Positions 58,075-64,000 of a DNA stretch of 64,000 bases are shown one piece after another. Position 1 is the stretch's first letter. Each line of letters opens with the position of its first letter. The stretch is from sequence record PV764601.1; one strand, given 5' to 3'. A program made the position numbers and the translations under genes. The notes under the pieces were generated by a model. It saw only the letters and a list, made by a program, of their open reading frames with translations. It did not search any database and was not told the origin of the DNA.

Positions 58075-59006
58075 ACCGCAACGTCCGCCTTGATTGCAGG
58101 GTGCGACTTGTAGCCGATGATTTCCACGTCATCAAACTTGTAATCCCACAGGTTGTCCCGAGCGGTCTTGATGTTGATGAAGGGATAGGGATACGGCTCG
58201 CGGGTCAGCTGCATCTTGGCCAGAGACAGATGATTCGAGTACAGGTGGAAGTCAGTCACCGACAGCACAAGCTCACCCGGCTGCACACCGATAGTCTTGG
58301 CGACCAACGCATTCAGCAGCGCATACTGTGCGATGTTGAAGGGCGTTCCGAGGAAGGCGTCATTCGACCTCATGAAGAAGTGGCAGTTCATTCGACCGTT
58401 GCGCACGATGAACTGGAACAGGATGTGGCACGGCTGCAACTTCATTTCCGGCAAGTCCTGCGGATTCCACGCGCTGATGACCAGTCGGCGGCTGTACGGG
58501 TTGCGCTTCATTTCTGCCAGCACTTCCGTGATTTGATCGACACCAGCGAAATCACGCCACTGCTTGCCGTACACAGGACCGAGGTCGCCATTCTCGTCTG
58601 CCCACTCATCCCAAATCGTGACCTTGTTGTCGGTAAGGTACTTGATGTTGGTCAGGCCCTTGAGCATCCAAATCAGTTCATGGAACACCGACTTGAAGTG
58701 CACCTTCTTCGTGGTGACCAGTGGGTACACCGGCAGGCTCTGACCGAAGTAAGGACTGCTACTGTCAAGCACCGTATGCGGGTGCATGTTGAATCGCATC
58801 TGATGGCAGAACTGCGACAGGGTGCCGGTGCCAGTACGATCAGGGACAGGATCACCGTGCCCGAAGATGCTAGCGAGGCCGCGCTCGTATTCGCCAAAGG
58901 GACTGCGAACGGCAACGCATTGATCGTATCGGAAGGTGTCACGTTCGTGACGAATCTGCTCCTCAATGGGAGCGAACCACTTGGGGTAGGTCAGGTCGAG
59001 AGTCAT
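58071..59006 (-). CDS. thyA: Thymidylate synthase
   Basis: DRTGTGT, TTKK, GPVYG.QWR, SRR, PCH, RSND..G.PFNIA. Confidence 0.97.
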   Translation of the reverse strand: MTLDLTYPKWFAPIEEQIRHERDTFRYDQCVAVRSPFGEYERGLASIFGHGDPVPDRTGTGTLSQFCHQMRFNMHPHTVLDSSSPYFGQSLPVYPLVTTKKVHFKSVFHELIWMLKGLTNIKYLTDNKVTIWDEWADENGDLGPVYGKQWRDFAGVDQITEVLAEMKRNPYSRRLVISAWNPQDLPEMKLQPCHILFQFIVRNGRMNCHFFMRSNDAFLGTPFNIAQYALLNALVAKTIGVQPGELVLSVTDFHLYSNHLSLAKMQLTREPYPYPFINIKTARDNLWDYKFDDVEIIGYKSHPAIKADVAV

Positions 59007-59263
59007 GGCTGGATTACGTTGATGGGAGTGTTGCCGACCAAGCAAGTACGATGGTCAGGGTCGTTTGCGTACAGAGGGTTGCCACCCTGCTTCTTACACA
59101 GCTCCGAATACAGCTGGCTGTTGTGCTCGTTGAGTCGAGCCTCGTTCCGTTCCTTGATGAAGGTACCGTAAACGATGATTGCGACTAGGGCCAAGATCAA
59201 CACGACTAGAACCGGATTGTACGAGGGAGGGTCTTTCTGAGTATGGTGAGGGATCGTCATCAC
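59003..59263 (-). CDS. Small membrane protein
   Basis: TM helix plus a Cys pair. Confidence 0.7.
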   Translation of the reverse strand: MMTIPHHTQKDPPSYNPVLVVLILALVAIIVYGTFIKERNEARLNEHNSQLYSELCKKQGGNPLYANDPDHRTCLVGNTPINVIQP

Positions 59264-59463
59264 TATGCCTTTATGAGTCTGGACCCGTAGGGTAAGAGTT
59301 CGTCCATGCGTTGACTGGTAGAGCCTTCGCCAATCAAAGCTCCATTCTGCACTCGGAGGGGATCATGAAATTTCTTGCTGCGATCCATCGCTGCCCGCTG
59401 TTCAGGGGTTGGAGTGTACGGCCTGTTTCGGGCCAAGAACGGAGACAGTTCGGAATCGTTCAT
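59263..59463 (-). CDS. Hypothetical protein
   Basis: Coupled ORF. Confidence 0.6.
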   Translation of the reverse strand: MNDSELSPFLARNRPYTPTPEQRAAMDRSKKFHDPLRVQNGALIGEGSTSQRMDELLPYGSRLIKA

Positions 59464-60065
59464 GACTTTTTCTTACGCTTCTTCTTGGGAGTTGTGGTAG
59501 GTACGGCGTTAACCTTCGCGTCAATGTAATCGTGGTACTTGGCCCGGAAGGTCTTGACCATGAGGGGAGACTTGCGCTTGGCATTGGTCTTGCTAAGAGC
59601 GGCAAGAAACGGACTATCCTTGACCGCCAGCACAAGATCGGATTTACTCAGGACACGGCGGCGCGCAGATACGCTAGTGTTGAGTGTGTCCCGTGCTACA
59701 GGGGTGGGCAGAGTCCTACCATCGTCGCTGTCCACGTTGATGACCATGTAATCCAGCCCAAGGCGGCGTGCCATGATTTCGCAAGCACCTCGGTAGTAGT
59801 CGTGAGCCACCAACGTTACGTCGTTCTTGCGTGCAAGGCCGCTGACCTCAGCTTCGATGTCCGCCATTGCAGGATCGTACTCTATGCGTCCGGGCAGGAT
59901 CAGCACGCGCATCTTCGTGCTCAACTTGGCGTGCTTGGAGAACGGGTAGTGACGTGGTGCAGGGATCGTACACGGCCACGTACCCGGATACTTCTTGGCG
60001 TCCGTTGGAGTAATGTCTACTTCCGGCTTGGCTGGTTCAGGTTGTTTGGCCATCGGTGTACTCAA
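59460..60065 (-). CDS. Hypothetical alpha/beta protein (possible SLOG-like fold) with basic C-tail
   Basis: Weak pattern only. Confidence 0.6.
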   Translation of the reverse strand: MSTPMAKQPEPAKPEVDITPTDAKKYPGTWPCTIPAPRHYPFSKHAKLSTKMRVLILPGRIEYDPAMADIEAEVSGLARKNDVTLVAHDYYRGACEIMARRLGLDYMVINVDSDDGRTLPTPVARDTLNTSVSARRRVLSKSDLVLAVKDSPFLAALSKTNAKRKSPLMVKTFRAKYHDYIDAKVNAVPTTTPKKKRKKKS

Positions 60066-60549
60066 CAGTTGGGTTCAAGGCTGCGGTCTGCATGACTTCC
60101 CAAAGAGCATGCCATCGGAAGGAGTGAGGCAAGGTGAACCTGTTCTGGAAGGCCACCGACCGAATGTATTCATCGCCTGCTTCGCCCATCGCCACGGTGT
60201 ATTCAAGAGCACGTGGAACCACCTTCAACACCGGCTCTCCGTCGTGGATCACGAACTCATAGCTAACGCCCGGCGTGTTCGCAAGGCCATCCATCACAAC
60301 CTTGTTGAGGGACACTGCTTCCGAATGCGCAGCTTCCATTTCTCGCAGGGACTGCTGATAGCGGGTAGCTGCCAGCGGAAGGGCCGCAACCAAATCGCGC
60401 AGGCGGCGCAGATGGATCAAGCGCTTCTGATCGAACTCATCGGTATCATCAGCAGTCGCTTCACTGACTTCCAGTTCTTCTTCAAGCCACTTGAGCGTGG
60501 AGTGGTGTGGAGCAAGATCGAACAGGTCAAACACTGGATTGCGAATCAT
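60037..60549 (-). CDS. Hypothetical protein
   Basis: Coupled ORF. Confidence 0.7.
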   Translation of the reverse strand: MIRNPVFDLFDLAPHHSTLKWLEEELEVSEATADDTDEFDQKRLIHLRRLRDLVAALPLAATRYQQSLREMEAAHSEAVSLNKVVMDGLANTPGVSYEFVIHDGEPVLKVVPRALEYTVAMGEAGDEYIRSVAFQNRFTLPHSFRWHALWEVMQTAALNPTVEYTDGQTT

Positions 60550-60946
60550 TGGCTTCTCTCAGAATCATAAATGGATGCTTGCTACCATTCGGCGAAAACT
60601 TGAGGTGTTGCATGCCGAGCTTGTAGCCTTGAATGAGACTGCGCATGTAGAGCGGTTCAACTCGGCGCAGCAATTTACGGGCGCAGGGGTAGAGCACAGT
60701 GTACTCGGTGCCTAGCGCGTTGATAGCGTGGCGCAGTAGTTCGTGCAGGACTGCGCGAGGGAAGCGCTTGAATCGTTTCGGAAGTTCAATGTCCGTCACG
60801 ATTGCCCACCACTTCCCGTCATATTGGTGGGTGGCGTACCAAACCACTACCACCGGAACTCCATCTGAGCACCACGTCTCCGTTTGGACAGGTCCGTTGA
60901 ATGGTTTTCGGGAGGGCTCAGTAGTAAGTTCGACAGTCAAATCCAT
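60527..60946 (-). CDS. Hypothetical protein
   Basis: First gene after the promoter motif. Confidence 0.7.
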   Translation of the reverse strand: MDLTVELTTEPSRKPFNGPVQTETWCSDGVPVVVVWYATHQYDGKWWAIVTDIELPKRFKRFPRAVLHELLRHAINALGTEYTVLYPCARKLLRRVEPLYMRSLIQGYKLGMQHLKFSPNGSKHPFMILREANDSQSSV

Positions 60947-60975
60947 AGTAGAAAAATCCCTAGGTCGTCAGGGGT

Positions 60976-60998
60976 TATTTACAGGATGCCAAAACGCA
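60976..60998 (-). promoter_or_regulatory. Putative phage promoter CCTGTAAATA with a degenerate box
   Basis: + strand tatttacagg atgccaaaacgca. Confidence 0.6.
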
Positions 60999-61032
60999 AA
61001 GAGGGGCGCTGCCCGTAAGCAGACGCCCCTCT
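60998..61032 (-). terminator. Intrinsic terminator after the prohead protease gene
   Basis: aagaggggcg-ctgc..gcag-a-cgcccctctt. Confidence 0.85.
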
Positions 61033-61035
61033 TGG

Positions 61036-61842
61036 TTATCGCGTAATCAATGTTTCGGAGTTGTTGATGGGGATCACCGTATCTTGCGCCGCTACGCTGT
61101 ACGCAGGGGTTCCGACAGCGCTCGTTTCAAAGCCGCGAGGCTTCTTGACACGGCGGTAGACAAGGTGATTACCCAGCTTGTAGAAGTCGAGCTTCTTGTC
61201 CGGGTGCAGATGGCTACACGTACCCATCAAGCCGCCACACATGGAGCAGGTGTACCCGCCCACGTATGCGCCCATCGAATAGGCGTTGATCCTTCCCTTG
61301 AGAATGTCGTTGCACAGGTCAACGTCACGGGTGCGGTCGAACATGAGCAGTTCGACCATCTTGTAGATTTTGTTCTCGCTCCAGCCATCCAGCCTACGCA
61401 GGTACACGTCCGCAATGACGCCCTTGGCAATCGTGTAGTCTTTGTTGGCATGCTCGTAGTGAGTCGGCTTACCCTTGAACGTCTTGTAATACTGCATGCC
61501 GTCTTCGGGAGAGAACGCTACCAGTTCTTCCAGCGGGAAGCCAACGCCGTTACGGTTCGGCAGCTCCGAGGGAATGGTGAACACGGGGACCATCAGGTAG
61601 TCGTCAATGTTCGGGCTGATGTTGTATACCTTGGCAGCACTTGGCAGCCAGTTGGTAACGTCCAGCGTCTCACCCTGCGGAACGTCCGAGCTAATAGCCG
61701 AGGCTACCACAAGGCCGTTGGCGCCGTTGTTCACAATGTCTTTCCGCTTGAGCATCTTGTGCATGTCAAGTGGATTGATCGTAGTCGGAGTCAGGTCGAT
61801 GTGCTCGATGCCTGCCGTTTCCAGTAGAATGCGGTTACTCAT
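61036..61842 (-). CDS. Probable prohead (capsid maturation) protease
   Basis: GKPTHYEH, GVIAD, AYSMG...CSMCG; directly after the portal. Confidence 0.65.
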   Translation of the reverse strand: MSNRILLETAGIEHIDLTPTTINPLDMHKMLKRKDIVNNGANGLVVASAISSDVPQGETLDVTNWLPSAAKVYNISPNIDDYLMVPVFTIPSELPNRNGVGFPLEELVAFSPEDGMQYYKTFKGKPTHYEHANKDYTIAKGVIADVYLRRLDGWSENKIYKMVELLMFDRTRDVDLCNDILKGRINAYSMGAYVGGYTCSMCGGLMGTCSHLHPDKKLDFYKLGNHLVYRRVKKPRGFETSAVGTPAYSVAAQDTVIPINNSETLITR

Positions 61843-61871
61843 CTGTGATACCTCAATGGTAGGGAGCCCGG

Positions 61872-63710
61872 TTAGGGGACTCCCTTAGTCTTTGCATCTG
61901 CCAGCACCTTTGCGAAGTGATCCGCGTTGGTAAGGCGTCCAATAACAGTTGCCATCTGTTCGTTGTACTGGCGGTTGGCCCGGGCCTGATTGAGCACTGC
62001 CTTGGGCTTGCCAGTACGGCTGGTGCCGATAATCTCAGATGCACCGCCGAAGTCACGTGCGAGGATGGGTACCCGGTACTGACCAGTCTGCATGCGAACG
62101 GCAGCAGCGATTTCGGTATCACTCATGCTATCCACGATAGCAGCGACGTGTGCCTGAGCTTCCGAACCCTGATAGCTGTCGTCAGGGCCTTCATCCTGCT
62201 GCTGACCTTGGTTGCCTAGCACACCCGTAATCGACTGAATCTTCTTTCGGATCTGAATGTCGTTCTCCAGTTCCTTCACTTCCTTGTCGAGGTCGAGGCC
62301 ACCGGCAGCAGCCCAAGTCCGAAGGCCCACAGGCACGCCACGTTCAGCCATCGTGTTCAGCACGTCAAGGTGCTCACGGTCAGCCTCGGGGCGCAGCTGC
62401 TTGTGCCAACGCACTTGGGGAATCAGCACGTTATGGTCGCCCAGCTGGTGGAAGATGATTGCGTCTTCCGTCTCTTCGTCCAGCTGGTCAATGTTGCCAT
62501 TGGCCGTCTCGGTCAGAATCTTGGACTCTTCATGCTTGGACGGCTTGAACCCATTGACGATACTAATCATCGGGAAGATGCGGTCGTAGAACGTGCGGCG
62601 AGTAGCGTAGTCTCGGTAGGTACGCAACTGTTCAAGGAACAGAGACAGCGATGCTTCCTGTGTGCTGATGTTCGCTTCACCCGACAGCAGCGCGTCATTG
62701 ATTCCCAGTGCGCGCATCTTGAACGGCGTCAGCTGCTCCGCAGTGTCCGTCCACTTCCAGAAGTCGCCACCCGGTCGAATGTCCTGATACTGCACGTCGT
62801 TACGCGTAGCGATCATGGCACCGTTAGGGTCGAGGTCCGCTTGCTGGAACATGGCCAGCAGGTTCTGCAAGTCAGCGTCCTGTGGTTCCCAATACTGCGA
62901 GCCTGCCATGATGTGACCGATAGCACGCTGACGGCGAGCCGCCTCAGTGATGGTACCGCGATACAGCACCTTCTCCAGCAGGTAGATCGGGATCAGACGG
63001 CGGTACAGCGACGTACCAGTAGACCGAGGGGTCAGAGCACGCGGCAGGAACAAGGTAGTCAGCGGATCGAGAACCACATGGCTGTTCTTGAGTGCATGCA
63101 ACACACTCTCCGGCATGCGCTCCTTGAGCTTCGTGAAGTAAGGATCACGGGAGTCTAGGAACTGGCGTAGCTCGGGGTCGACACGACACTTGATGCGAGG
63201 CTCCTGATCGTACAGAGGATTCGGGGTAATCTCTGCGTTGTCAGGATTGTGCGACATTAGATCGGTGAAGACCTTCTTGTCGTTGTCGTACAGCATGCTC
63301 GAAATGCTACGCCCGGAGACATAGTAGTCCACACTCAGCTGTGGGAAGAGTGTGCGCATACCGAGGTTGTCGATGTTGCGGTTGAATACCTCCAGTTGTT
63401 TCGGCGTACCACCCTGCAAGGTGAAGTCCGAGAACGGAAGCACGCTCATCATTTCGACAGCGGTACCGGCAACAACGTCGTACCTGTATATGTCGCGGTA
63501 GAAAGTACGGAACGCCAATTCCTGTTCGTCAGCAATGCCTCGGAGCAGGGTTTCACTTCGTTGGAAGAAAGTGCTGATCGCACTTACGTTGAGGTTGCTG
63601 TAAGTACCCATGCTGGTACTCAAGCCACCCGAACCCATCAGGGGCATCTGCGCAGCAGTGACGAGGCCCCTGCCCCGCTTAACTGAAATGCGCTTGGTGG
63701 AATCAAACAT
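61872..63710 (-). CDS. Probable portal protein
   Basis: About 612 aa, helical, FYRDIYRYD..AGTAVEM..LPFSDF; portal-protease gene order. Confidence 0.6.
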   Translation of the reverse strand: MFDSTKRISVKRGRGLVTAAQMPLMGSGGLSTSMGTYSNLNVSAISTFFQRSETLLRGIADEQELAFRTFYRDIYRYDVVAGTAVEMMSVLPFSDFTLQGGTPKQLEVFNRNIDNLGMRTLFPQLSVDYYVSGRSISSMLYDNDKKVFTDLMSHNPDNAEITPNPLYDQEPRIKCRVDPELRQFLDSRDPYFTKLKERMPESVLHALKNSHVVLDPLTTLFLPRALTPRSTGTSLYRRLIPIYLLEKVLYRGTITEAARRQRAIGHIMAGSQYWEPQDADLQNLLAMFQQADLDPNGAMIATRNDVQYQDIRPGGDFWKWTDTAEQLTPFKMRALGINDALLSGEANISTQEASLSLFLEQLRTYRDYATRRTFYDRIFPMISIVNGFKPSKHEESKILTETANGNIDQLDEETEDAIIFHQLGDHNVLIPQVRWHKQLRPEADREHLDVLNTMAERGVPVGLRTWAAAGGLDLDKEVKELENDIQIRKKIQSITGVLGNQGQQQDEGPDDSYQGSEAQAHVAAIVDSMSDTEIAAAVRMQTGQYRVPILARDFGGASEIIGTSRTGKPKAVLNQARANRQYNEQMATVIGRLTNADHFAKVLADAKTKGVP

Positions 63711-63712
63711 GG

Positions 63713-63973
63713 TCAGAGTTCGCTGTTGGGTACCGGCAGGCACACGCGATGTTCAAGGCAGGCGTAGGCGTGAGTTTCCGTATCGGTGCCCTTCACGCCA
63801 CACATGACTCGCTGCATAGGACGCCCATCAACCGGACACCTGTTGGTGGTCTCCAGCTTGTTGGGGCGGATGGTGGCAGTTTCCTCGACCGGCGCGGTGG
63901 TGGCAGTTTCAGCAGCCGGAGCCGCAGGAGCGACCACAGGAAGGTCGGAGAAAGGATTGATCGTTTTGGTCAT
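63713..63973 (-). CDS. Small protein with Cys motif
   Basis: CPVD...C...CLEHRVC. Confidence 0.65.
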   Translation of the reverse strand: MTKTINPFSDLPVVAPAAPAAETATTAPVEETATIRPNKLETTNRCPVDGRPMQRVMCGVKGTDTETHAYACLEHRVCLPVPNSEL

Positions 63974-64000
63974 GGAACTGTCCTCGTTTACTGAGTAAAA

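Noticed and set aside
58071-59006. ThyA as a dCMP hydroxymethylase (pyrimidine modification)
   Set aside because: Keeps the dUMP-specifying Asn in PFNIA, as in canonical thymidylate synthase

Overview
A 64 kb segment of a large lytic dsDNA tailed phage (jumbo-phage-like, roughly 55-60% GC by eye). Essentially all credible genes (about 120) lie on the minus strand; the + strand ORFs in the track are shadows. In transcription order, right to left: portal and prohead protease; thyA, a Cas4-like nuclease and a dNMP kinase; a TGT/DpdA-family transglycosylase, a sigma-70-like factor, a gp32-like SSB with a very long poly-Asp tail, RecA-like, QueD, MmcB-like, NADAR, SbcD, 5'-3' exonuclease, an Acb4-like protein, DnaX and SbcC; a long accessory region (about 4.8-37 kb) of small hypothetical genes with an ADP-ribosyltransferase and a relic of a second one; then Nudix, DenV-like, MazG-like, thioredoxin and a partial nrdA. 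The gene set suggests a PaBG/Lu11/RSL1-type myovirus of a proteobacterial host (inference from memory, not a database result). Main signals: (1) a recurring intergenic promoter-like motif CTGTAAATA coupled to a 13-bp palindrome TGCCA(AAA/TTT)TGGCA; (2) an origin-like non-coding region near 31.2-31.8 kb with a GC-skew flip; (3) DpdA-like plus QueD, suggesting 7-deazaguanine DNA modification; (4) a poly-Asp SSB alongside Lys-rich tails on several replication proteins; (5) two unannotated micro-proteins sharing an RGKSKYTRKxGKRK tail. No tRNA, rRNA, CRISPR array, integrase or transposase was seen.
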